Shown in pieces: positions 1 to 8,554 of a stretch of DNA of 64,000 nucleotides. The notes beneath the pieces were generated by a model. That model did no database searches and had not been told where the DNA came from. It saw only the letters and a list, made by a program, of their open reading frames with translations. A program made the translations under genes and the position numbers. Source of the DNA: Gaiellaceae bacterium. GTDB taxonomy: Bacteria; Actinomycetota; Thermoleophilia; Gaiellales; Gaiellaceae. Each line of letters starts with the position of its first letter. Positions within the stretch are counted from its first letter, which is position 1. The stretch covers positions 2,010 to 66,009 of the forward strand of contig DATAMX010000060.1 in NCBI GenBank assembly GCA_036260475.1, given 5' to 3'.

Positions 1-1
1 G

Positions 2-1015
2 CTCGCGGAGCAGCACGGTCTCGAGGAGCGCGTCGCGGAGGGTCATCTCGCTCGCGCCAACGCTGCGGTGTCCATGAGTCGACGCGACGCGGCACGGGTT
101 CTCTTCGAGGAGGGACTCACATGGGCCCGGTCGCACGGGAACGACCTGATCGAGCTGTACCTGCTCGCCGATCGAGCTCGTTTCGAGCTCGACGAGGGCC
201 GCTGGACCGAAGCCGCGGACTCAGCGACGCTGGTCATCGGACGGCGGGCTGTATCGACGGCTCCACGCACAATTGCCCTCACCGTGCTTGCGCTCGTGCG
301 CGCCCGCCGCGGCGACCCGGACACGCTCGCGCCGCTCGCAGAGGCGCGATCGCTCGCAGAGCCGACCCGCGAGCTCGGGCGCATCGTGCCCGTGGCCCTT
401 GCGGGTGCAGAAGTCGCGTGGCTGGGAGGCGACCGGTCAGCGGCGCGCGAGGCGACGGACGACGCCCTCGAGCTGACGGAAAGGGCGGGATCCGCACACG
501 CCATCGCCAGCATTCGGGCCTGGCGCCTGCGCGCGGGAATCGAGGAGGAAGTGAGTACGTCCGCCGACGGCCCGTTCGGGCTCGAGCTCGCCGGCGATTC
601 GGCTGCCGCCGCTACACGCTGGTCCGAGCACGGACGACCGTACGAGGCTGCTCTCGCCCTCGCGGACGTCGGCAGCGAGGAGGCACTGCGCGAGTCCCTC
701 GAGTCGCTCACGAGACTCGGCGCACGTCCCGCGGCGGCGATCGTCTCGCGCCGGCTGCGTGAGCTCGGCGTCCGCGACATCCGCCGTGGCCCTCGACCTT
801 CGACCCGCAGCAACGCGGCCGGGCTGACGGCTCGGGAACGCGAGGTCCTCGCGCTGATGGCGGAAGGGCTCCGCAACGCCGAGATCGCGAAGAGGCTCTT
901 CCTGTCCCAGCGCACGGTCGGGAGCCACATGTCGGCGATCCTGCGCAAGCTCGGGGCCGACAACCGTGTCGAGGCCGCGGCCAAAGCCGCCACACTCGGC
1001 CTCATCCCAAGATAG
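2..1015 (+). CDS. LuxR-family transcriptional regulator, C-terminal portion (5' end outside the window)
   Basis: The frame is open from base 2, with no stop upstream of the first Met at 68. A helical TPR-like region is followed by a C-terminal LuxR/GerE HTH (LTAREREVLALMAEGLRNAEIAKRLFLSQRTVGSHMSAILRKLG). This fits the C-terminus of large ATPase-TPR-LuxR regulators. Confidence 0.85.
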   Translation, partial: LAEQHGLEERVAEGHLARANAAVSMSRRDAARVLFEEGLTWARSHGNDLIELYLLADRARFELDEGRWTEAADSATLVIGRRAVSTAPRTIALTVLALVRARRGDPDTLAPLAEARSLAEPTRELGRIVPVALAGAEVAWLGGDRSAAREATDDALELTERAGSAHAIASIRAWRLRAGIEEEVSTSADGPFGLELAGDSAAAATRWSEHGRPYEAALALADVGSEEALRESLESLTRLGARPAAAIVSRRLRELGVRDIRRGPRPSTRSNAAGLTAREREVLALMAEGLRNAEIAKRLFLSQRTVGSHMSAILRKLGADNRVEAAAKAATLGLIPR

Positions 1016-1107
1016 GTAGGCCCACTCGCCAATCTGAGTAGTCGCGCTCATGTCGCGACGGTGCCGCGCTCCTACCCTCGAGACGGAATCGACTCGAGAG
1101 GAGCGCG

Positions 1108-1401
1108 ATGGAGACCTACCTGATCGTCCGCCGCAACGGCTGGCGCACCGCGGACGAGCTGCAACACGCCGCGGAACGCTCGACCGCCGAAGGCGACCGC
1201 ATGCCCGACGACGTCGCCTGGATCCGCAGCTACGTGCTCGCGGAGACCGACGGGTCGCTCGGCACGGTTTGCATCTACGAGGCGTCGAGCCCGGAGGCGA
1301 TCCGTCGTCACGCCGAGGCTGCGGGGCTGCCGGTCGACGAGATCGTCGCCGTCGCCGACACCGTCATCGTCCGGGTCGACCCCGTGTCGATGTCGGCTTA
1401 G
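1108..1401 (+). CDS. DUF4242-like small protein
   Basis: 97-aa ORF with GAGGAG about 6 nt upstream of the ATG and high GC3. The pattern WIRSYV...G..CIYEASSPEAIRRHAEAAGLPVDEI resembles the DUF4242 family. Confidence 0.75.
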   Translation: METYLIVRRNGWRTADELQHAAERSTAEGDRMPDDVAWIRSYVLAETDGSLGTVCIYEASSPEAIRRHAEAAGLPVDEIVAVADTVIVRVDPVSMSA

Positions 1402-1411
1402 GGAGGAGAAG

Positions 1412-3106
1412 ATGAGGATGTTTGGGAGACACAGCGGCAGAGCAGGTGAGCAGTCGGTTCGACGCTTGGCTGCGGTCTGCGCCACCGGTGCGTTGACGGG
1501 CGCCCTGGTCCTGGTGGGCGCGGCTGGTGCGGACGTCGGCGACGGCATCCTCGGCGGGGTGCCCACGAACAATCTGGCCTCGACGGTCTGCCCCGCCGGA
1601 TCCGCGGTCACGGCGGCCGTCGGCGACGTGGCCCTTTCGAACGACTCAGTCTTGAGCGTGACTGTGCGGTGCAACGGGGGGGCGGCAGCCGCTTCTGGTT
1701 CGATGGGCGACCCCGTCGGTGTTCCTCTTGCCGCGGGGTTGGGGACGAGCGACTGCACCGGCGGCGGAGTAGTCGCGGTGGGCATCGAAGGCGGCGAGGA
1801 CGCCTACGGGATCACCTACCTTGGTCTGCGCTGCGCTTACACATTCAACGGTATCCCTAGCGCTTCGACGATCTTCAACGCTGGCTATTACGGCGGCCTC
1901 CCGGGGTCTTCCGCCCACGACGGGCCGTACGATTGCCCGGACGGCGAGGTGCTCACGGGACTGACGGGGTCAGTCAGCGCATTGGGTTCCGGTTCGCAGG
2001 TTGAGGAAGTCGCGATCCAATGCGGGTCGCTTGCGACCTCGGTTCCCCCGATGGTTGGTCTGCCGCCTTTCCTCACGTTTATCGGCGGATCGATCGGCCT
2101 CGTCTTCGACGATAGCGTCACGATCACGAACACCGGCGGCGACGGAGCCGCCGATCTCCAGCTGGGCCAACTCGCGATCCAGGGAACGAACGCAAGCGAG
2201 TTCGTCATCGGGAACGACCCGTGCTCCAACACGAGCATCGCGGCTGGCGCGAGCTGCTCGGTGACGATCCAGTTCTCGCCGGAAGCCGACGGGAACCGGA
2301 CGGCGACGCTCGTCGTCCCGAGCAACGCTGCCAGCAGCCCCGACAGCGTCGCGCTCAGCGGCTCGGGCATCGGCGTGCCGCCGACGGTGAGCCTCAGCCC
2401 GTCGAGTATCCCGTTCGGAACCCAGCTCGTCGGTACGACGAGCGCGGCGCAGACCCTCACGATCACGAACACCGCCGCGGCCGGAAGCCAAAGCCTGCTG
2501 CTCGGACAGCTCTCGCTCGGCGGCTCCAACTCGGGCGACTTCAGCCTGAGCAACAACACCTGCTCGAACCCGGTCGCGGCTGGCAGCAGCTGCACGGTCG
2601 ATGTCAGGTTCGCTCCGACAGCTGTCGGGTCGCGAAGCGCGATCCTGAGCATCCCGAGCAACGCTCCGACCAGCCCGGATGCGGTCGCCCTCAGCGGCAC
2701 CGGGACTCCTCCGGGCGCCGACGTGAAGCTGAGCATCAGCGGCCCGACCACCGCGGCCTCGGGGTCGCAGAACACCTACGTCGTGACCGTCTCCAACCTG
2801 GGGCCGGCGACAGCGACAGGGGTCGTCATGACCGTCCAGGTGCCGAGCGGGACGAAGTTCGTCGGCGTGAGCACCACGCAGGGCAGCTGCACCCATCCCG
2901 CGTCCGGTGCGACGTCCGGGACGATCAGCTGCTCGTTGGGCAACCTCACCTCCGGAGCCGCCGCCGCGGACAGCGTGACGCTCAAGCTGTCGCTGAGCGG
3001 CAAGGGCGGCACCATCGCACTCGTCGCATCGGCGAGCGCATCGACGCCGGATCCGGATCTGAGCAACAACGTCGCAACGCTCGCGACGACGGTGAAGAAG
3101 AAGTAG
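1412..3106 (+). CDS. Secreted multi-domain surface protein: N-terminal triple Cys-bracketed repeat, two choice-of-anchor-D (ASH/HYDIN-like) domains and a C-terminal DUF11/CARDB-like domain
   Basis: Signal-peptide-like N-terminus. Two about 100-aa repeats carry the motif ...TITNTG...L.LGQL...G.N...F....C.......G.SC.V...F.P...G.R.A.L..PSNA..SPD.VALSG.G (aa about 217-430). The C-terminus reads SGPTTAASGSQNTYVVTVSNLGPATATGVVMTVQVPSGTKFVGVSTTQGSC, typical of DUF11 repeats. Confidence 0.85.
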   Translation: MRMFGRHSGRAGEQSVRRLAAVCATGALTGALVLVGAAGADVGDGILGGVPTNNLASTVCPAGSAVTAAVGDVALSNDSVLSVTVRCNGGAAAASGSMGDPVGVPLAAGLGTSDCTGGGVVAVGIEGGEDAYGITYLGLRCAYTFNGIPSASTIFNAGYYGGLPGSSAHDGPYDCPDGEVLTGLTGSVSALGSGSQVEEVAIQCGSLATSVPPMVGLPPFLTFIGGSIGLVFDDSVTITNTGGDGAADLQLGQLAIQGTNASEFVIGNDPCSNTSIAAGASCSVTIQFSPEADGNRTATLVVPSNAASSPDSVALSGSGIGVPPTVSLSPSSIPFGTQLVGTTSAAQTLTITNTAAAGSQSLLLGQLSLGGSNSGDFSLSNNTCSNPVAAGSSCTVDVRFAPTAVGSRSAILSIPSNAPTSPDAVALSGTGTPPGADVKLSISGPTTAASGSQNTYVVTVSNLGPATATGVVMTVQVPSGTKFVGVSTTQGSCTHPASGATSGTISCSLGNLTSGAAAADSVTLKLSLSGKGGTIALVASASASTPDPDLSNNVATLATTVKKK

Positions 3107-3181
3107 GAGCGAAGTCGCCGTCGCGGACATCCGCGTCGTTCGGCCCGACCCTCAGCCAGTAGCGATCTGAAAAGAGGAGAG

Positions 3182-4957
3182 ATGAGAAGACTGCTCATGA
3201 CCCTGGTTGCATGCGGCCTCGTGGCAGGCGTTGTCGTCGGGCTCGCCGGAGCGTTCAACCCCGATGCGCTGGTGACGAACGGGAGTCCGACGAGCCCGTT
3301 TCCGCAGAACAAGCAGAACGAGCCGGCGCTGGCGGTCGACGCCAACGACCCGAGCATCCTCGTCGCCGGGGCGAACGAAGAGGTCGACTTGGAGGCGTGC
3401 AACGCCGGCGACGACACCACGTGTCCGTTCACCGACGGCGTCGGCACAACGGGCGTCTACTTCTCGTTCGATGGCGGCGACACGTGGACGCAGCCGACCT
3501 ACACGGGCTGGACAGCCCGCAACTGCACCGGCTCCCCCGGGCCCGACGCTCCGTGCGCGCCGCAGGTCGGCCCGACTGGGGGGACCCTCCCGTGGTACTA
3601 CGAGAACGGCCTGGCATCGATCGGCGACCCGGCGGTGTCGATCGGTCCGCGGCCGGATTCGCACGGCCACTTCAGCTGGTCGAACGGCCCGCGGCTCTAC
3701 TTCGCGCAGATCGCCGGGAACTTCGCCGCGACGCGAACCGACGCCGCGTTCCGGGGCTTCTATGCGATCGGCGTCTCCCGAACCGACGACCTTCGGTCGG
3801 CGGCCGCGGGGGACAAGAGCGCCTGGTGCGTCGGCAAGCAGGGCTGCGCACCCGCGCTGGTGAGCCACCAGTCGTCGACGACGTTCTCCGACAAGGACTC
3901 GCTGTGGGCCGACAATGCGTCGTCGAGCAGGTTCTTCGGCAACGTGTACGTCTGCTGGCCCTCCTACGTCGGCCAGGAGAAGGGGAACACCCTTCCCGCA
4001 CCGTTGCAGGTCTCCGTCTCCTCGGACGGCGGTGACACCTGGTCCGAGCAGCAGATCTCCGCTGCTGCCGGCAACGCCGAACGCAGCCCGTCGGACGGCT
4101 GCAACGTCCGCACGGACAGCCAGGGCAACGCCTACGTGTTCACCGTCGCCACGTCGCCGTCCGGCGGCAAGCAGAAGTTCGAGCTGATGTCCGTCTCGAC
4201 GGACGGCGGCAAGTCGTGGTCGCCGGCGCGACCCGTCGTCGGGCCAGTCACCCAGCCGGGCGTCCTCGACCCGGTGCAGGGCGCTCTGGTGATGGACGGC
4301 ATCGCTGGCGCGCGCGCCGACCTCGCCACGATGCCGAGCATCGACATCGCCAACGGGGCTCCCACCGGTGCGGATGCCACCAACCGCATCGTGATGAGCT
4401 ACGTCAGCGGCAGCACGGAGGCCCCAGACGTCCTCTTCACCGAGTCGACCGACCTCGGGAAGACCTGGTCGACGCCCCGGCCGATCGAGACCGCTGGTGA
4501 CCGCGGCATCTACACCGCCCCGGCCATCTCGCCGAACGGCACCGACGTCTACATCGTTTACAACGCCTTCACGACACCGTTCCGGAACGACACCACGAGC
4601 CCGCGCGCTCTCGTCGGCGTCGTCATGCACGCCGACTCGTCGTCCAACCCCGGCACGGCGACGGGCGCGTTCACGGAGCTCCACCGTGGCGCCTCCGGCG
4701 ACCCACGCGGCGCCAGCGCGAACGTCCTGACGGACAATTTCCTCGGCGACTTCGTCTACGCGGCGGCGAGCCGCACCTACGGGGCGGCGGTATGGAACGA
4801 CGTCAGCAACGCCGCCGACTGCCCTGCCGTCGACGCCTGGCGCGCGTCGCTGCAGGCGGGCTCGCCAACGGCGAAGCCGGCCCCGGAGCAGGACTGCCCC
4901 GCCACCTTCGGCAACGAAGACATCCGCGGCGGGACCTACCCAGACCCGACGCCCTAA
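3182..4957 (+). CDS. Secreted BNR/Asp-box repeat protein (sialidase-like beta-propeller fold; substrate unknown)
   Basis: RBS AAGAGGAGAG lies before the ATG and the N-terminus is a hydrophobic signal/anchor. There are four Asp-box motifs (SFDGGDTWT, SSDGGDTWS, STDGGKSWS, STDLGKTWS). Confidence 0.85.
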   Translation: MRRLLMTLVACGLVAGVVVGLAGAFNPDALVTNGSPTSPFPQNKQNEPALAVDANDPSILVAGANEEVDLEACNAGDDTTCPFTDGVGTTGVYFSFDGGDTWTQPTYTGWTARNCTGSPGPDAPCAPQVGPTGGTLPWYYENGLASIGDPAVSIGPRPDSHGHFSWSNGPRLYFAQIAGNFAATRTDAAFRGFYAIGVSRTDDLRSAAAGDKSAWCVGKQGCAPALVSHQSSTTFSDKDSLWADNASSSRFFGNVYVCWPSYVGQEKGNTLPAPLQVSVSSDGGDTWSEQQISAAAGNAERSPSDGCNVRTDSQGNAYVFTVATSPSGGKQKFELMSVSTDGGKSWSPARPVVGPVTQPGVLDPVQGALVMDGIAGARADLATMPSIDIANGAPTGADATNRIVMSYVSGSTEAPDVLFTESTDLGKTWSTPRPIETAGDRGIYTAPAISPNGTDVYIVYNAFTTPFRNDTTSPRALVGVVMHADSSSNPGTATGAFTELHRGASGDPRGASANVLTDNFLGDFVYAAASRTYGAAVWNDVSNAADCPAVDAWRASLQAGSPTAKPAPEQDCPATFGNEDIRGGTYPDPTP

Positions 4958-4969
4958 GGCACGCGAAGA

Positions 4970-4995
4970 GGAGGGGGCCGGCGACGGCCTCCTCC
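4970..4995 (+). terminator. GC-rich hairpin 12 nt after the BNR gene stop
   Basis: GGAGGGGGCCG-GCGA-CGGCCTCCTCC forms an 11-bp stem (one G-U pair) with a 4-nt loop. There is no T-tract, as is common in high-GC actinobacteria. Confidence 0.55.
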
Positions 4996-5149
4996 CGGCG
5001 CCCCCGATACGTCGCGATTCCGCCCCGAGGATGGAGCACATGTGGAGCCAAGCGGGCGCAACCGGCGGCAACCCGTGGCAAACGCAAATCCGAAGGAATC
5101 GGCTCAGAGGCCCGGATAGGCAACGTTCGCAACCCTCGGCAATAGACCA

Positions 5150-5197
5150 CCTCTTGATGGTGAGGAGGGGGTCGACGGTTCGAGTCCGTCAGAGGGC
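5150..5197 (+). other. tRNA-like 3' fragment (T-arm plus 3' acceptor strand); not a complete tRNA
   Basis: Canonical T-arm GACGG-TTCGAGT-CCGTC (5174-5190) is preceded by a variable-loop-like GGGTC and a 6-bp/7-nt hairpin CCTCTT-GATGGTG-AGGAGG, and is followed by AGAGGGC. No complementary 5' acceptor strand or D-arm is found upstream, and the 7-nt loop lacks U33. Confidence 0.3.
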
Positions 5198-5242
5198 TTT
5201 CCGAGGGCGCCGCAGCACCGAACTCTGTAGCGTGAGCGGGTC

Positions 5243-6202
5243 GTGACTGTCGAACCGAATCGGCCGATCAGGCTTGAGCCGGTTGATCGAGCGGAGGTCA
5301 CGATCGTGGTCGACAACTTCGTCGATCTGTTGATGGCCGACGCGGACGGGGTTCGCCGGCACTTCGCCGACGACTTCGGCAGTCGCGACCAGTTGATCGC
5401 GGAACATGGCTTCTCGGCGTTGGTCACCGTCGAGCGGCGTGGCAGCCGCAGTTCGATTCTCTACGACGGCGGCCTGACGCCAACCGCGCTTGCCCGCAAC
5501 CTCGATGTCTTGCAGATCCCGGTCAAAGAACTGCGTGCGCTCGTGGTTTCTCATGGGCATGCGGATCATCACGGCGGGTTGGAAGCGCTCTTCCGTCGGC
5601 ATGGTCGGCGTGGGCTCCCGCTTGTCATCCACCCCGAGGCCTGGAAGGAACGCAAGATCGTGTTTCCGACCGGGAGCGAGGTCCGGCTCCCGCCGCCAAA
5701 CCGCCGCGACCTCGAGGCCGAGGGAGTCGAGCTGAACGAGGAGCCTGGACAAACGCTGCTCCTCGACTCGACCGTGCTGGTCTCCGGGCAGGTTGAGCGC
5801 CACACGCCGTTCGAGCAGGGCTTCCCCATCCATTACGCGCACTCGACGGCCGGCTGGGAACCCGACCCGATGATCTGGGACGACCAGAACGTGATCATCA
5901 ACGTCAAGAACAAAGGCCTCGTCATCGTCTCGGGCTGCTCGCACGCAGGAGCCGTGAACGTGCTGCGCAACGCGCAACGCCTGACCGGCGAACAACGGCT
6001 CGCCGCGTTCATCGGCGGCCTTCACCTCACAGGCGGCATCTTCGAACCGATCATCAAGCCGACAGTCGATGCTTTCGTCGCCGCAGAAGTAGGCCGAGTC
6101 CTGCCCGCGCACTGCACCGGCTGGAAAGCCGTCCACCAGCTCGCACGCGCGCTTCCAGACTCATTCGTACAGCCTGCGGTGGGGACCGTCATCACCTTCT
6201 GA
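5243..6202 (+). CDS. MBL-fold metallo-hydrolase
   Basis: 319-aa ORF with a GTG start and the HxHxDH motif (SHGHADHHGG). High GC3. Confidence 0.85.
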   Translation: MTVEPNRPIRLEPVDRAEVTIVVDNFVDLLMADADGVRRHFADDFGSRDQLIAEHGFSALVTVERRGSRSSILYDGGLTPTALARNLDVLQIPVKELRALVVSHGHADHHGGLEALFRRHGRRGLPLVIHPEAWKERKIVFPTGSEVRLPPPNRRDLEAEGVELNEEPGQTLLLDSTVLVSGQVERHTPFEQGFPIHYAHSTAGWEPDPMIWDDQNVIINVKNKGLVIVSGCSHAGAVNVLRNAQRLTGEQRLAAFIGGLHLTGGIFEPIIKPTVDAFVAAEVGRVLPAHCTGWKAVHQLARALPDSFVQPAVGTVITF

Positions 6203-6463
6203 ACGCAAGACCTCGGCTGCCGGCGAACGCGCGCAGGCCGCCGCTCCTCAACCGACCGTTCGGAGCATCCGTGCGGGACTTGCACGCATGGCGGCGCCAG
6301 CCGCAACCGCTCCTGCTGCGACCCCAACGTGCGGTGGGCATGGAGCCGTGGACGGAGCTTTCGCGGCTCGCGCGACGTGCCTAATGGCATTCTCGTCCAC
6401 ATCGAAGTCGCGAAGCCGCGTGCCGGATGAACCAGCCGGCGGGCGCCGTGCGAATATCGCGCC

Positions 6464-7698
6464 GTGACCGAGATCAGCGCCTGCCTCGCACGCATCGACG
6501 AGCTCGAGCCGAAGCTCCATGCGTTCCAAGCCGTGCGCCGTGACGAGGCGCTCGCGGAAGCAGCATCCGCCGCGCCGACGCTCCCGCTGGCAGGCGTACC
6601 GGTGGCGATCAAGGACAACATCGACGTCGCCGGCCTCCCCACGCGGTTCGGCTCGGCCGCGACGTCGGATCAGCCCGCGGAGCAGGACGACGAGCTCGTG
6701 CGGCGACTGCGCGCAGCCGGCTGCATCGTCGTCGGCAAGACACAGATGCCCGAGCTCGCCGTGTGGCCGTTCACCGAGCCCGAGGCGTTCGCGGGGCCGC
6801 AGAACCCGCTGCTTCCGGGCATGACGCCGGGCGGGTCGACGGGCGGGGGAGCGGTCGCGGTCGCCGCCGGCATGGCGCGGCTTGCGCTCGGCTCGACGGC
6901 GGCGGCTCCATCCGCGTGCCCGCCTCGTGCTGCGGCCTGGTCGGGCTCAAGCCCGGCCCCGGCGTCGTGCCGCTCGCCGGCGGAGTGAGCGAGCACTGGT
7001 ACGGGCTGACCGAGTTCGGGCCGCTCGCGCGCACCGTCGCCGACGCCGCGCTCATGCTCGACGTGCTCGCCGGCACCGACCGCTACCGCAACCCGCAAGC
7101 GGCGAGCGGTCTGCGGGTCGCGTTCTCTGCCGCGCACCCATCTCTTGGAGTACATGCGAAGCCGGCGATCGGGGACGCGCTCGATCGCGCACGGGACGCG
7201 CTCCACGAAGCGGGCCACCGCGTGACACAGGCACGCGTTCACTATCCGCCGACGCTCGGCATGCGCTTCAGCAACCGCTGGCTCGCCGGGATCGCGCAGG
7301 ACGCGCAGCACCTTCCGGCCGACAAGCTCGAAGAGCGCACGCGGAAGATGGCAATGCGCGGCGCAAAGATCGCGCGGAAGGTGAAGCCTGCCGCCGACGA
7401 TCCGTTCGGCGAGCGGATGAGCAGGTGGTTCGGGGATTACGACGCGCTCGTCACACCGACGCTGACGCGGCCGCCGGTCCCGATCGGGACCTGGGCGGGG
7501 AAAGGATGGGTTCGCACCATGCTCGGGGTCGCCAACTGGATCTACGCCGTCCCCTGGAACCTCGCACGGCTGCCGGCGGCGTCCATCCCGTTCGCCGGAA
7601 CGGGCCTGCAGCTGATCGGCCCACCGGACTCAGAAGCCACGTTGCTCTCGCTCGCCGCGCAACTCGAACAACGCCCGTCCGCCTCTCGAGACTCCTAG
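6464..7698 (+). pseudogene. Amidase (amidase-signature family) interrupted by a 1-nt frameshift
   Basis: Frame A (6464-6895) reads ...GVPVAIKDNIDVAGLPT...GGSTGGGAVAVAAGMARLALGS. The signature continues in another frame from 6895 as DGGGSIRVPASCCGLVGLKPGPG through to 7698. One G appears to be missing at about 6895/6896 (CTCGGCTCG-ACGGCGGC). The N-terminus also looks short, with an in-frame TGA at 6428. Confidence 0.8.
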
Positions 7699-7714
7699 CT
7701 TCACGCCGCCCAGG

Positions 7715-8083
7715 TCAATCGTTCCCGGTCGGGATCACCGTGGCCGGCTCGACCATCAGCAAGACCGTGCGTCCGTGCGCGCGCGGACGGTGAACGACGC
7801 CACGCGGGATCGTCACGCCCTGGTGCACACCAAGGACGAATGGCTCCCGCCCCTCCACCTCGAGCTCGAGCTTTCCCACGAGCACGAGAAAGAACTCGTC
7901 TTCGTGCTCGTGGCTGTGCCAGTTGACGAGCTCGCCCTCGATCACGGCAAGTCGGACGACGGAGTCGTTCACGCTCGTGAGCGTCTGATTCACCCACGGC
8001 TCATACCCCGCGCCCTCGGCGGCGACGTCGATCTGCGCAAGCTGACCGTACTTGTCCTCGTATCTGATGTCGTAGCTCTGCAT
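7715..8083 (-). CDS. Cupin domain protein
   Basis: GGGGAGGTG RBS lies before the ATG of MQSYDIRY. Cupin motif WHSHEHEDEFFLVLVGKLELEV...G..IPRGVVHRP. Confidence 0.8.
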   Translation of the reverse strand: MQSYDIRYEDKYGQLAQIDVAAEGAGYEPWVNQTLTSVNDSVVRLAVIEGELVNWHSHEHEDEFFLVLVGKLELEVEGREPFVLGVHQGVTIPRGVVHRPRAHGRTVLLMVEPATVIPTGND

Positions 8084-8148
8084 GCACACCTCCCCGTTGC
8101 TCTTGCGGGTGGACACGGTGCGCGCTTCCCCGGAGCGCACGCCGCTTC

Positions 8149-8538
8149 TCAGTCGATCCAGGCTGGGTCTACGAAGACGCCGTCGCCGCCGTCCGGGCGA
8201 TCGGACCCGATGGCGATCAGCTCGAGGCCGTCGTCTCCGGCTTCGAACGCCCGCACCGTTGCGGGCTGGACGCGAACGACATCCCAGCAGCGGAGCTCGC
8301 GGATCTCGTCGTCGAGCCTGACGTGTCCGGAGCCGCTGATGACGACGTAGGCCTCCTCCTGTTCGCGGTGGCGATGAGCCGAAGGTGAGCGGACGCCGGG
8401 GCTGTACCGCAGATACGAGATGCCGAGGTGCTCGGAGTCGAGGTGCTTGCGCGCGAACCGCCCTTCGATCCCGGGCGCGCGCTCGCCCAGGGAGTCCTCG
8501 ACCTCGTTCTTCACGTTCACGATCGAATACGCGCTCAT
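8149..8538 (-). CDS. Cupin domain protein
   Basis: GAGAGGAGAG RBS lies before the ATG of MSAYSIV. Cupin motif AHRHREQEEAYVVISGSGHVRLDD. Confidence 0.8.
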   Translation of the reverse strand: MSAYSIVNVKNEVEDSLGERAPGIEGRFARKHLDSEHLGISYLRYSPGVRSPSAHRHREQEEAYVVISGSGHVRLDDEIRELRCWDVVRVQPATVRAFEAGDDGLELIAIGSDRPDGGDGVFVDPAWID

Positions 8539-8554
8539 CAGCTCTCCTCTCGCA

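Noticed and set aside
3152-5071. Very long antisense or alternative-frame ORFs. Examples are 3152-5071 (-), 27505-28962 (-), 32227-34281 (+), 35170-37785 (+), 44378-45883 (-), 45969-47606 (+), 46150-47631 (-) and 18865-20787 (+).
   Set aside because: They are Arg/Ala/Gly/Pro-rich with no motifs, and they overlap genes with clear family signatures. Their GC is concentrated in codon positions 1 and 2 rather than 3. These are typical shadow ORFs of a 70% GC genome.
4830-5200. Possible tmRNA (ssrA) ending at the T-arm at 5174-5190.
   Set aside because: A tmRNA would need to start about 350 nt upstream, inside the BNR gene. There is no GGGG 5' end, no G-U/ACCA-type acceptor and no tag ORF ending in ...LAA.
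5100-5200. A complete tRNA gene (including class II or selenocysteine types).
   Set aside because: No 5' acceptor strand is complementary to AGAGGGC and there is no D-arm. The loop GATGGTG lacks U33 and R37. It is kept only as a tRNA-like relic.
6288-6467. 60-codon ORF (MAAPAATAP...) ending in a GTGA overlap with the amidase start.
   Set aside because: It has a low-complexity Ala/Pro/Thr composition, no RBS and no recognisable domain. It is more likely a decayed amidase 5' region than a gene.
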